From an uncultured Gammaproteobacteria bacterium (GTDB lineage: Bacteria > Patescibacteriota > Patescibacteriia > CAIXNZ01), in the NCBI GenBank assembly GCA_964590345.1, contig CAZPVP010000004.1:42-64041 (forward strand): DNA of 64,000 nucleotides, given 5' to 3'. The notes beneath the pieces are model-generated. The model was not told where the DNA came from and did not search any database. It saw only the letters and a list, made by a program, of their open reading frames with translations. Positions 17,387 through 27,930 of this stretch are shown in pieces. A program made the position numbers and the translations under genes. Position 1 is the first letter of the stretch, and each line of letters opens with the position of its first letter.

Positions 17387-19390
17387 GTTTGTAGTAATTC
17401 CCTGATAAGTTTTAAAAATTCGTCCCTGTGTCTGGGAATCTGTTGCTTCAATATCGATTTTTGGCAGCAAAGTTAAAATTTTATCAGCATCATTTTGACT
17501 CGGTGTTATTGAAATTTCAAATTCAGCCGTTGATTCATTTATAGCGGTTGGAATACGTGAAATTTGCCAGACAACTTCATTATTCTGATTTTTGTATAAA
17601 TTGCCAGCAGAAGTGTTTTCTTGGTTTTCAAAGCTAACATAATCTGGCAGCTTTGCTTTAACTTCAATATTTTCAATATCATGCAAAGAATTAGTAATGG
17701 TCCAGAAAATTTTATAAGAAGTTTTTTGACCGACAATAGGAGGCAATGGCCCGGAGCCGATTGTTTGATTGTTTTCATCAAAATAGCGCCCTTCTGTTTT
17801 TAAATTCAAGTTAGTGTTAATTTCATTAATAATAATATTGCTTTCATTGACGACTTCAGCTTGTTTATTGTCAATTTTGTTAATTTGTGTTTCAAAAAAG
17901 CTTCTAACCTGATAGTCTTCTTCTTTATATTTTTTTTGATAATCTTTTAGTTTAATTTGGATATTAATTTCTATTTCATCTTCGGGAAATAAAACAGCTA
18001 ATTCAGGCGTTTGCTCTTTGGTCCACAAAATTTGGTGACCTTCATTGATGCCATTACCGTCATCTTTTAAAGTTGACCAATTTAAAAATGGCGAATCAGA
18101 AATTAATCTTACTTTTAAATCACCCAAAGTGTTTTTGCTTTTATTTTGAATGCTTAACAAATAATTCAATGTCCCCCCAAAATTAACTGGTTTATTTTGA
18201 TTAGAGCCTTGAATAATTAAATTGTTTAAAAGTTCACCCTTGATAACTTCAATTGTAAATTTTTTTTCGCCTTGAATAAAATATTCATCAGCCGGGCCTT
18301 TTAATTTAACTTTAATATTAAATTCTAAAGTTTGGCTTTCTTCAACTTGAAATTCGCCTTGGAAATTAATATCTTTTTCGGCTTGCGCAGCCAAATTATC
18401 AATTGCCCAGATTTTGGGCGCGTTTTTTTCTTCATCGTCTATACTTTTTTTTTCTTCTTCATTAGCAATAATTTTACTTTGATTAAGTGTAAATTGCGCT
18501 GGATAATTTAATTCCACCTGAAGATTGTTTAAATCAATATCCTGAGAATTGTTTTTTAATTTTATATTAAATTCAGCTTTTTCTTGGTTGGCGACTTGAT
18601 TCGGATATTCAATCTCAAAATCAACCAAGCTATCGGTAATTTCAGTATTAAAAGAAACAGTTTTTTGAAATTCCGAGCTAAAATTAACCGGTATATAACT
18701 CAATGTGGCAGAAATTTGCTGTTTTGTATTTTGGCTGCCGATTAATTTTCCGGTTATTTCTAAAGTGCCTGATTCACCGCCGGAAATATTATTAAGTTGC
18801 CATTTTTTTATATTAGAATAGCCTTTTTCATCGTTTGTATCGGCAGCAGGTTTTTTATTGGAAGATTCAAAAATAAAACCGTAAGGCAAATAAACAAATA
18901 ATTTTGCCTGGCTAAAAGCTGTGTCTTCTGCATTAGCATATTTAATTTGATAAGTTACTTTTTCACCAGAAACAGCATTAAAAGGAGCTTTTATTTCTAA
19001 ATTAATTTTTTCGCCAGTGAACTTTGCTTTGGGCTGAAAAACTAAAAAGCCGAGGAAGGAAACAGTAAAAATGATAACCAAAATAATAATAATTAAAATA
19101 ACAAGATTAAAAATATTGTTTCTCTTTTTAAATTCTATGTTAGCCATGTTAGGCATCTTGCCTTTGCCGTCTTGATAGATGCTTTTTAGTCCTTTTTCAA
19201 TTTCTTTAGATTTAGAAACTATTTTGGGCTTTTGTTTTTTTTCTGCTTTGCCCCGGGTTTTAAGAGATTTTGTCTTTTTTTTTCTAATAGGTTTTTTAGC
19301 TTTTTTTGTTTTAGCTAAAGGCTGATCAGTTTGAGCCTGTTTTTTGTTTTTTTGCTTTATTTTTTTGTTTTTTTTCTTTTTTGTAGACAT
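17336..19390 (-). CDS. Membrane-anchored surface protein with Ig-like/DUF11-type beta domains
   Basis: Lys-rich N-terminus, one TM helix, repeated beta-rich modules, SGPLPPIVGQKTSY motif; 51-bp convergent overlap with RT. Confidence 0.6.
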   Translation of the reverse strand: MSTKKKKNKKIKQKNKKQAQTDQPLAKTKKAKKPIRKKKTKSLKTRGKAEKKQKPKIVSKSKEIEKGLKSIYQDGKGKMPNMANIEFKKRNNIFNLVILIIIILVIIFTVSFLGFLVFQPKAKFTGEKINLEIKAPFNAVSGEKVTYQIKYANAEDTAFSQAKLFVYLPYGFIFESSNKKPAADTNDEKGYSNIKKWQLNNISGGESGTLEITGKLIGSQNTKQQISATLSYIPVNFSSEFQKTVSFNTEITDSLVDFEIEYPNQVANQEKAEFNIKLKNNSQDIDLNNLQVELNYPAQFTLNQSKIIANEEEKKSIDDEEKNAPKIWAIDNLAAQAEKDINFQGEFQVEESQTLEFNIKVKLKGPADEYFIQGEKKFTIEVIKGELLNNLIIQGSNQNKPVNFGGTLNYLLSIQNKSKNTLGDLKVRLISDSPFLNWSTLKDDGNGINEGHQILWTKEQTPELAVLFPEDEIEINIQIKLKDYQKKYKEEDYQVRSFFETQINKIDNKQAEVVNESNIIINEINTNLNLKTEGRYFDENNQTIGSGPLPPIVGQKTSYKIFWTITNSLHDIENIEVKAKLPDYVSFENQENTSAGNLYKNQNNEVVWQISRIPTAINESTAEFEISITPSQNDADKILTLLPKIDIEATDSQTQGRIFKTYQGITTNLDNDPLAKGKGLVQEE

Positions 19391-19392
19391 AA

Positions 19393-22164
19393 TTAATTCG
19401 GTCTAAAAATTATGGCTAATAATTTATCTGTATTTAAGAAATCTTCAAAAGTAAAGGTATTAGATTTTTTTATTAAAGTATCGGGAAAAATTATTTGATA
19501 ATTTAAAGAAGGGGGTAAGGTTATTTTAATATTAATTTTAAAATTATGCTTGCCAGATTGTTTTTGCCAAAGCAAAGAATATTTTTCCAAATCATCATCA
19601 GCACTGTTTAAATTTAGTTCTTTTTTAATCAGATTTAAATAATCTAATTGTTGGTTTTGTTTTTTCAAATTTAATTGAAAAGGTGGTTTGTATTTTAAAG
19701 TCACTGTTTTTGTTTCTCCTGGCTCAATTTTAAACCAATTAGCAAAAACCGTCTTGCCGTTTTCTTTGAAAATTTCGGTTTGGCTTTCTGATTCTATTTT
19801 TTTAGTTTTGTTAATAAAAGCGATTGTCGGATCTTTTTGATAAATTTCAGGATGAAGAATTGTAAAAAGTTCAGGTGGCATTTTTTCAAAACCTGAAGCG
19901 GAAATAAGCTGACTATTTTGTGGTACATAAATCCTTAAATAATCCAGATTAGGCACGCCATAAAAATTTTCTCCCTTTTTGCCTAAGTGAGTCTTTGTTA
20001 TATTTAAAGTATTTGTAATAGAGCCGTCATTTTTAATATTAACCTCCAAATTTGCAGTTTGTTTAATTTTTGCATCAGTTTTTTCACCAGCAATATTAGT
20101 ACTGACAATATTAAGATAATCTTTGTCAGTATCTTTCAAACGGCCGCCCCAGTTGTTTTTTAAAACAGCTTTTTCCAAGATAAAATTAGTGAAATAAAAC
20201 TGGATTTCTTTTTCATTCAAAGAAGTTAAAATTAAATCTAAAATTTCAGTGAATTGTTTTTTGTCAGATTTTAATAAACCATTAATAATTTTGGGTGTTA
20301 AATCAGCAATTATTTGTTTTGGTTTGTTTTCTTTTTTATCATATTCAAGTTCGACACTTTCCTGAATTGTTTGAAAAAAATTGTCAGCGCTGATAGTTTT
20401 ATTGTATTTAGGTAATTCTATCGGTTCAATTATTGTTAATATTTTTTCTAAAAAAGTAGCATTAATAAAAATTAGTCCATCAACCGTGGGCCCGCCGCTT
20501 TTTTCATAAAACCAAATTAATTTTTCAGCGGAAGTGGGTAAATCAGCAAACCAGTTAGCGTCTTGAAATTCCCAGCGAGGATTTATTAAATGTAAAGGTT
20601 TGGGTGATTCAACGTTAACTTTTAATCCGGCTTTTAAATCATATGGCCCTCCTCCGGGGATGTTTATTTTTTTAATATTACCTTTATCAATATCAACTAA
20701 AGCAAAGCTGCCGATAAATCCTCCAGTTGGCCTTATCTCATTATTATTTTGAAAAAGTAAAAGATATCTTTTTTTGCTTTCTTGGCCTAGTAATTTAAGA
20801 ATTAAATCGGAAGAAGAAACAAAATTAGCAACATTTTTTTCCAAGATTGGCAAGGCTATTTGTAGTTTTTTTATTTTTGTTTGATAAGGTTTGGGTATTT
20901 TATTTAAATTAATTTTTTGTAAATCGCTGGCGGCTGATTTTAAATCAGGCAACATTAGATTGAGATCATTTTTTAAAATAGTTAATTTTTCGGTTAAATT
21001 TAATGAATCAATGGATTTTTCTATTTTAATTTTATCTAAACTGGCTGTTAAAATGGCTGCACTTTTTGAAAGTTTTTCACCAATAGCAACTAGTTTTTTG
21101 GCCGCTTCAAATTCTTTTTTATATTCAGGAGTTAAATTAATAATATTTTTAATAATTAAATTTATACTTTCAAGCTCATTTTTTGCTTGGCTAAAATTAT
21201 TGCTAGCTTTTTTTAGCTCAAGCTGTGTATAATAAAGATCTTGTGCTGAAGCAGCTTTTTGAGAAATTGCTAAATGCCAAAGAGCCTGACTGGTTTTTTC
21301 TAAAATTGTATTCTTTTTGCCTTGTAAATTTTGATAATAGTCATAACTTAAAAAAGGCAAGATAAAAAACAGGCAAAAAACAATAAAAATCAAAATTTTT
21401 TTCGCCCAAAAAGAAGGAATAATAAATGTCCCCAATCTGATTTCTTTGGGATTTAGTTTTGGTAAAGAAAAATTAAATTTCGGCAATTTTATTTTAGGCA
21501 AATTAATTTTGTAGCTTTTTTTAATTGGTTTAAAATACGTTTTTGGGTCCTTTTTTAAAATTTGTTCTGATTTTGTAAGTTTTTTCCGTAATCGGCCATA
21601 GATGCTTTGCAATCTTTTTTTAAAGTCCTTTTTTTGTTTGTTGAATTTATTAAAAAGTTCTGAAGTAATAATTTGAGCATGTTCTTTCTCAGTCTGTTCA
21701 GAAAGATTTTGAGCAGCTTGAATTTTTTTCAGATCTAAAATATGCGGGGAAAGTTTTGCTGTTTTTTTTCTAGTTATTGTTTTATTTTTTTTTATTGATG
21801 TTGATTCTTTATTTTCTGGCGGTGTTTGTTCGGTTTTGTTTAAAAGAATTTTTGTTGAACTTTTTTTGTTTTGGATTTTATTTTGAGGCTTTTTAGTAGG
21901 TTTTTTAGAAATAGAAGCTTTACGGGTAATATTTTTCCCGTTTTTTTTGGCTATTGTCTGTTTTTTAACAGCATTCTTTTTTTTATTAGAAACTTTGCGA
22001 TTATTTTTTTTGATCGATGTTTTTGTCGCTCGTTTTCTGTTTTGTCGCTTATTAGAAGCCTTGCGAGCATTGTTTTTTGGGGTTTTTCCAGGTGCTCCTT
22101 TTTTTGTCTGTTTTTTTGTGGCATTTTTTCTCTTAGCAGTTTTTTTTATTTTTCCTTTAGGCAT
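19393..22164 (-). CDS. DUF4012 domain-containing membrane protein
   Basis: YLLLFQNNNEIRPTGGFIGSF, FQDANWFADLPTSA motifs; TM helix; long basic N-terminus. Confidence 0.8.
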   Translation of the reverse strand: MPKGKIKKTAKRKNATKKQTKKGAPGKTPKNNARKASNKRQNRKRATKTSIKKNNRKVSNKKKNAVKKQTIAKKNGKNITRKASISKKPTKKPQNKIQNKKSSTKILLNKTEQTPPENKESTSIKKNKTITRKKTAKLSPHILDLKKIQAAQNLSEQTEKEHAQIITSELFNKFNKQKKDFKKRLQSIYGRLRKKLTKSEQILKKDPKTYFKPIKKSYKINLPKIKLPKFNFSLPKLNPKEIRLGTFIIPSFWAKKILIFIVFCLFFILPFLSYDYYQNLQGKKNTILEKTSQALWHLAISQKAASAQDLYYTQLELKKASNNFSQAKNELESINLIIKNIINLTPEYKKEFEAAKKLVAIGEKLSKSAAILTASLDKIKIEKSIDSLNLTEKLTILKNDLNLMLPDLKSAASDLQKINLNKIPKPYQTKIKKLQIALPILEKNVANFVSSSDLILKLLGQESKKRYLLLFQNNNEIRPTGGFIGSFALVDIDKGNIKKINIPGGGPYDLKAGLKVNVESPKPLHLINPRWEFQDANWFADLPTSAEKLIWFYEKSGGPTVDGLIFINATFLEKILTIIEPIELPKYNKTISADNFFQTIQESVELEYDKKENKPKQIIADLTPKIINGLLKSDKKQFTEILDLILTSLNEKEIQFYFTNFILEKAVLKNNWGGRLKDTDKDYLNIVSTNIAGEKTDAKIKQTANLEVNIKNDGSITNTLNITKTHLGKKGENFYGVPNLDYLRIYVPQNSQLISASGFEKMPPELFTILHPEIYQKDPTIAFINKTKKIESESQTEIFKENGKTVFANWFKIEPGETKTVTLKYKPPFQLNLKKQNQQLDYLNLIKKELNLNSADDDLEKYSLLWQKQSGKHNFKINIKITLPPSLNYQIIFPDTLIKKSNTFTFEDFLNTDKLLAIIFRPN

Positions 22165-22179
22165 GGATATAAAGTAAAA

Positions 22180-23301
22180 TTATAAACTTAAAATTTTTTT
22201 ATATATAGTTAAAGTTTTTTGGGCACAGTCTTGCCATGAATATTTTTTTATTTTTTCGAATCCCTTTTCTTTGAGCTGTTTTTTCAACTTTTTATTGGTT
22301 AAAACTGTTTTTATAACTTCTGCCATTTTTTGTATATCGTGAGGATTAAAATAAAGTGCGGCTTGACCTAAAATTTCCGGCAAGCTTGTGGCTTGACTAG
22401 AAACAACGGGTGTGCCACAAGCCATGGCTTCAAGGCCAATTATGCCAAAACCTTCGTAAAAGGAAGGAATAACAAATATTTCGGCACCATTATAAATGAG
22501 AGGTAATTCCTGATTATTAATAAAGCCGGGCGTAATTATATCTTGTTTGAATTCGGATTTCAATATAATTTGGCGGATATTGGGATAATGTGGGTCTTCC
22601 TGTCCGGCTAAAACCAATTGATAATCAAGTTTGTGTTTGTTTTTCAAAATTTCAAAAGCTTTAATCAGACCTTCAAAATTTTTATGATTGCGCCAAGCAC
22701 TGATAAAAAAGAGATAAGGCTTAGTTATCCCATATTTAGCTTTTGTTGCTTCTATTTTATCATAATTTTCAATAACTTTAAATCTTTTTTCTATCCCCAA
22801 ATAAGTTACCTCTATTTTTTCTTGTTTGACATTGAGATACTTAATGAGGTCATCTTTGGTGTTATTCGAGACAGTAATAATTTTAGCTGATTTTTTAAGG
22901 CTGGATTTCAGGGTTAATTGATAAGCTTTTTTCCTATACCAATTTTTTTGTTTGTGCCCGGGAAAAAAATTAGGGATAATGTCATGGATAGTTGTAATTC
23001 TTTTTTTAGAATAAAAAATCGGGGCATTAAAATGCGGAAAATGCATCAAATCAAGCTTGGCTTTTTTTATTTGCCATAAGAAGTTAGTTTGTTCAGCATA
23101 GCTATACCAATAGGCATTAGTCTTAATTTTATGAATTTTATCATGAGGCGGTTTATATTGAGAATAAAAAGGTTCAAGTAAAAAAAGATAATAATCATTA
23201 TTTTTATCTAATTCAAAAATATGGTCAGTAATTTGTTTAATATAAGTACCGATGCCTGATTGAGCTTTGCCATACATTCTGGCATCAATGCCGATTTTCA
23301 T
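22180..23301 (-). CDS. Glycosyltransferase family 4
   Basis: MKIGIDAR, PSFYEGFG..LEAMACGTPV. Confidence 0.93.
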   Translation of the reverse strand: MKIGIDARMYGKAQSGIGTYIKQITDHIFELDKNNDYYLFLLEPFYSQYKPPHDKIHKIKTNAYWYSYAEQTNFLWQIKKAKLDLMHFPHFNAPIFYSKKRITTIHDIIPNFFPGHKQKNWYRKKAYQLTLKSSLKKSAKIITVSNNTKDDLIKYLNVKQEKIEVTYLGIEKRFKVIENYDKIEATKAKYGITKPYLFFISAWRNHKNFEGLIKAFEILKNKHKLDYQLVLAGQEDPHYPNIRQIILKSEFKQDIITPGFINNQELPLIYNGAEIFVIPSFYEGFGIIGLEAMACGTPVVSSQATSLPEILGQAALYFNPHDIQKMAEVIKTVLTNKKLKKQLKEKGFEKIKKYSWQDCAQKTLTIYKKILSL

Positions 23302-23324
23302 AGATTAGAATTAAGAATAAAGAA

Positions 23325-24470
23325 TTAAGAAGATAGATAATCTAACGTCTGTTGGGCGGTTTTTTGCCAAGTGAAACGCTGGGAGTTTTTTAAGCCTTGA
23401 TTGATTAAATTTTCTTTAAGTTTTTGATTATTTAAAATTTGTAAAATTGCTTGACTTATTTCAGATAAATTATCTGGTTTGACCAAAAAAGCAGAATTTT
23501 TGAGGATTTCAGGAAACGATGAATTGGCGCTGGCAATTACTGGCGTACCGCAGGCTTGAGCCTCCAAAACAGGTAAACCAAAGCCTTCATAAAAAGAAGG
23601 GAATATAAATATTTGGGCCAAATTATATAAATAAGGTTTATCCTTTCTGTCAATATAGCCAGTAAATTTGATCTGTTTTGAAAAATTAGAATTTTTAGCC
23701 AGCTGAAAAACTTTGTCATAATTCCAGCCTTTATTACCGGCAATAACAAGATTTAAATTAGCCAATTTATTATTGCGAGTTTTTAATAAATTGAAAGCCT
23801 CTATAATGCCTTCAATGTTTTTTCTTGGTTCAATTGTGCCAAGATATAAAATGAAATTTTCAGGCAATTTATATTTATTTTTAATTTTTTGAAAATTCGG
23901 TAAATTATTATCTAACTTTTTATAAATTTGCTGATCAATACCAGAATAAATAATTTTAATTTTATTATCAGTCAATTGATAAAGATTAATTAAGTCATTT
24001 TTTGTGTTTTCAGAAACTGCAATGATTTTTTCGCAATTAGAAATTATTTTTTTTGGCTTAATAAATTTATGCCAAAAAATTCTTTTTTTAGAAAAAAAAT
24101 CAGGGAATAATTCAAAAGAGAGATCGTGAACAGTAATCATTTTTTTACATTTTTTTGAAAGTGCTAAAAAGTTAAGATTAGGTATAAAAAAAATATCAAT
24201 ATTTTTAAGTAATAGATCAATTTTTGGATAATTGAAAAATTTAAAACTAAAATTAAGAAATTTATTTGGATATTTAAAACCAATAAATTCTACATTACCA
24301 TAATCAAAGTTAGGCAGATTTATGCTAACATCATGATTTGAATTATAAAAAAGTTTATATTGATTTTGCGAGTCGATTTGAAAGAGGTTATCTAAAAGAT
24401 TGTAAGTATATTCAGCTACGCCAGAATAATTTTTATGCATTAAACAGCGGAGATCAATACCGATTTGCAT
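23325..24470 (-). CDS. Glycosyltransferase family 4
   Basis: Start reassigned to MQIGIDLR; GTIEPRKN, FPSFYEGFGLPVLEA. Confidence 0.93.
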   Translation of the reverse strand: MQIGIDLRCLMHKNYSGVAEYTYNLLDNLFQIDSQNQYKLFYNSNHDVSINLPNFDYGNVEFIGFKYPNKFLNFSFKFFNYPKIDLLLKNIDIFFIPNLNFLALSKKCKKMITVHDLSFELFPDFFSKKRIFWHKFIKPKKIISNCEKIIAVSENTKNDLINLYQLTDNKIKIIYSGIDQQIYKKLDNNLPNFQKIKNKYKLPENFILYLGTIEPRKNIEGIIEAFNLLKTRNNKLANLNLVIAGNKGWNYDKVFQLAKNSNFSKQIKFTGYIDRKDKPYLYNLAQIFIFPSFYEGFGLPVLEAQACGTPVIASANSSFPEILKNSAFLVKPDNLSEISQAILQILNNQKLKENLINQGLKNSQRFTWQKTAQQTLDYLSS

Positions 24471-24483
24471 AGAGATATAAGAG

Positions 24484-25581
24484 TTAAAATTGCTTAAAAT
24501 TTTGCCAGGATTTTTCAATAAAATTTTTCATTTTCTGATAAAAGCTTTGCGAATTAAATTTTTCAGCATGCTGTTTTATTCCCTGTGGGCGGAATTCTTT
24601 TGGCTTGAATTTTATTACAGCATCAATCAAGGCTTCCCATGTTTGTTCTTTAAAAAATTTACCGGTTTTATCGTCAATAATAGTTTCTAAGGCACCGCCG
24701 TCAGCATAAGCAATTACTGGTCGGCCAGAAGCCATTGATTCAACTACTGTCAGTCCATAGTCTTCTACTTGCGGATGAATTAATGCCAGACATTGGGATA
24801 GGTGTTTTCTTTTTTCTTCTTCGGAAACAGCGCCTAAAAATTCAATATTTGGTTTAGCCATTTTTTTGAGTTTCTGGGTCTCTTCACCAATACCAATTAT
24901 TTTTAACGGTATGTTAAGCTTATTAAATGCCTTGACAGCCAAATCTACTTTTTTATAAGGCTTGAGTCGGGAAATTAAAAGATAATAATTGCTAAGATTA
25001 TTTGAAATATAAAAGTTTTCAGTGTCAACTGGAGGATAAATAACAGCACTGTCGCGGTTGTAATAATTTTTGATTCTTTGAGCAATGAAATTTGAATTGG
25101 CAATGAAATGATTGACTCTTTGGGCGGCTAATTGATCCCATTGTCTAAGCCGGTTTAAAATTAGGGGTAGAAAATATTTAACAATTTTGCCTTCTTTAAT
25201 ATCTTTATGATACTGGTGGGCTTCACTCCAAAGATAGCGTGTCGGTGTATGGCAATAACAAATATGCAGAGTTTTTGGATGAGTAATGGCTCCTTTTATT
25301 AGAGCCGAAGTTGAGGATATTACAACATCATAATCAGTTAAATCAATTTGTTCAACAGCAGTAGGCATTAATGGCAAAAACCAGCGTATTTTTGAGCCGG
25401 AAAAAGGTATTTTTTGCAAAAAAGTTGTTCTGATATCTTTATTGGCAAATCCAGTTAGTCTTTTTTTGTCATGGATTAAGGTATAAATTGGTGCATCAGG
25501 AAAAAGCTCTGCTAATGCTAACAGAACCCGTTCCGCACCCCCGGCTTGATTTAAATAATCATGTAGTAAAGCAACCTTCAT
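24484..25581 (-). CDS. Glycosyltransferase family 4 (WbaZ-like)
   Basis: HDYLNQAGGAERVL, CYCHTPTRYLW, EDYGLTVVESMASGRPV. Confidence 0.92.
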   Translation of the reverse strand: MKVALLHDYLNQAGGAERVLLALAELFPDAPIYTLIHDKKRLTGFANKDIRTTFLQKIPFSGSKIRWFLPLMPTAVEQIDLTDYDVVISSTSALIKGAITHPKTLHICYCHTPTRYLWSEAHQYHKDIKEGKIVKYFLPLILNRLRQWDQLAAQRVNHFIANSNFIAQRIKNYYNRDSAVIYPPVDTENFYISNNLSNYYLLISRLKPYKKVDLAVKAFNKLNIPLKIIGIGEETQKLKKMAKPNIEFLGAVSEEEKRKHLSQCLALIHPQVEDYGLTVVESMASGRPVIAYADGGALETIIDDKTGKFFKEQTWEALIDAVIKFKPKEFRPQGIKQHAEKFNSQSFYQKMKNFIEKSWQNFKQF

Positions 25582-25800
25582 AATGTTAGTATATTAGTAT
25601 ATTGGTGAATTAGGTTATTATGGAAAGGAAGATTATATTAAAAAATTAAAAATTTATTCCTAATATACTAATAAACAAATAAACCAATTACCTAATTATA
25701 TATTCGTAGTTTAGCTTATTTGAGTATAAAAATCAAGCGCAAAAAAACACCCTTCATTATAAAATTCAGGGTGTTTTTTTGCGCAGAGCGTACTTAAATT

Positions 25801-27219
25801 TTATAAAGCTTCGCGCTTAGGGAATAAGACAACTTTAGGGGTTTTTAAGAGGATTTGAATATCCAGCCATAAGGACCAGTTTTCGATATAGTAAATATCC
25901 AATTTGATTTCTTCATCAAAATCCAAATCTGAACGGCCAGAAACTTGAGCCAAACCAGTAATGCCGGGTTTAATATCTAAAACACGCTTATGGTAATCTT
26001 TGTATTTAGATACTTCTTCCGGCAAATGAGGTCTTGGGCCAACCAAACCCATTTTGCCAATGAAAACCAAAAATAATTCTGGCAATTCATCAATGCTGTA
26101 TTTGCGAATAAATTTACCAACACGGGTAATTCTGGGATCATCTTTGATCTTAATTAAAGGCCCTTTTCTTAAATTTAATTCTTGCAAAGCATTTGAATAT
26201 CTTAAAGAATCTGATTTATCAATCATTGATCGGAATTTAAAATAATGGAAAGGTTTGCCATATTGTCCAACTCTTTTAACGAGCGAGCCATCATCCAATT
26301 TGCTGAAAAAAACAGGTCCTTTTGAATCTAATTTAACAGCAATAGCTGTAATCAGCATTATTGGCGAAGTTAAAATTATTAAAATTGCTGAAATAATAAT
26401 GTCAAAAATTCTTTTATAAATTTTACCCCAGCCTTCTAGTCTTGTTTTTTTTATTTCAAAAATAGGGATACCAGCTATAGTATCAATGCCTAAACGGCTG
26501 GTTTTTGTTTTGAAAATATCAGCCGAAAATTTAAAAGTAATATTATTGGCTTCGGTAAATTCAATTAAATTTAGTGTTTTTCCTTTTTCTAATTGGGGAT
26601 CTGATTGTATGATTTCATCAATTCTTGCTTGTTTATGCAGGTTTAATATTTTATTTTTAATTTCAGAAGTAAAGTCCGTAAAGACGTCAATAATTTTATA
26701 GCCCAATTGCGGTTTTTTGTTCAGAATTTTTATTAAATTTTTTGTATTTTTATCATTGCCAATTAAAATTATTTTTTTAGCGCCATAGCCTTTTTTTAGT
26801 AAAAATTTTTGAATTTCATAAATAACAATTCGTCCGATTGCAACATATAAAATAGAAAAAATCCAAGCCGCTAAAATAATAAAACGAGATGAAAAAAGTT
26901 CGCGTTTTAAAAAAATAGCTACGATTATAGCTAAAACACCTGTTGAGCAGGCAAAAAATATTTTGGAGAATTCTTTAGAAAATTTACGATCAGTTTGTAT
27001 TGTATAAAGGCCGGCAAGGGCAAAGATTATTAACATAGCCAAAGCCATCAAAAGGCTGTAGCTTAAGTATTGGCCAAATGACAAAGCATAGATAACAGGT
27101 CTTATTTCAGTAACAAAAGAACCGACTCTAAGATGGTAAGCAGATAGAGCCGCTAAGACCAGCATTAAAAAGTCAAGTGGTATTAAAATTATAGCGAATA
27201 TTAAATCAGTTTTTTTCAT
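25801..27219 (-). CDS. Undecaprenyl-phosphate sugar phosphotransferase (WcaJ/WbaP family)
   Basis: N-terminal TM helices; KRIFD, KFRSM, DDPRITRVG, SIDELP, VGPRP, KPGITGLAQVSGR; start at MKKTD. Confidence 0.93.
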   Translation of the reverse strand: MKKTDLIFAIILIPLDFLMLVLAALSAYHLRVGSFVTEIRPVIYALSFGQYLSYSLLMALAMLIIFALAGLYTIQTDRKFSKEFSKIFFACSTGVLAIIVAIFLKRELFSSRFIILAAWIFSILYVAIGRIVIYEIQKFLLKKGYGAKKIILIGNDKNTKNLIKILNKKPQLGYKIIDVFTDFTSEIKNKILNLHKQARIDEIIQSDPQLEKGKTLNLIEFTEANNITFKFSADIFKTKTSRLGIDTIAGIPIFEIKKTRLEGWGKIYKRIFDIIISAILIILTSPIMLITAIAVKLDSKGPVFFSKLDDGSLVKRVGQYGKPFHYFKFRSMIDKSDSLRYSNALQELNLRKGPLIKIKDDPRITRVGKFIRKYSIDELPELFLVFIGKMGLVGPRPHLPEEVSKYKDYHKRVLDIKPGITGLAQVSGRSDLDFDEEIKLDIYYIENWSLWLDIQILLKTPKVVLFPKREAL

Positions 27220-27302
27220 AAAAGGGAATTTTGAATTAACAAAATATAAATCATTAATTTTCAATAAAAAGGCCAAAACGGCCTTTTTATTGAATAATCT
27301 AA

Positions 27303-27848
27303 TCTAGATATCTAAATGAGTAAGCCGGATTCTGTTACCTCTTTAAAGAGGCGAGGTCATCTATCTAGGTCCTCACTTACGTTCGGACTCAAGCGAACTA
27401 CTTTTAATTCCGCATTGCGGAACTTTGTTCTTGCACCAGGTAGAGTTTGCCACGGTCTTCCTGTTACCAGGAGCCGAGTCTTGTAGCCATTTGTCTCGAG
27501 AACAAATAACATCAAGACACTTTTCACGTTTCGCAAATGGCTTGGGCAGATAGCAAATTGCTATAAGCCATTGGCCATAAGCTAGTCTAGTCTCTGTGGC
27601 ACTGGTCCTGACTTAATATTGCTATTAAGCCGGCGGGTGTTACCCGTTACCGCCCACTGCTACGCAGTGGAAATTCCAAATTTCAAAATTCAAATAACAA
27701 AAATTGATATTTGTCATTTGTTATTTGGTTCTTCCATTGCGCAGCAATGGTTTGGTGTCCGGACTTTCCTCCCATGCCCGCCGAAGCTTTAGCGAATGTG
27801 GGGCTTCGCATTGGACATGAGCGACCTCTGCTTATTTAGATATCTAGA
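27303..27848 (-). ncRNA. rnpB: RNase P RNA (enlarged by insertions)
   Basis: GAGGAAAGUCC (27761-27771) and ACAGAAUCCGGCUUA (27321-27335) on the minus strand; 18-bp P1 formed by the termini. Confidence 0.93.
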
Positions 27849-27930
27849 ACAGATGCGAATTAAACATTCGCTGATAATTTAGAAGATGTTTATATTCTAC
27901 TACATTTTTAGCTTTTTGTCAATAGCTTGT

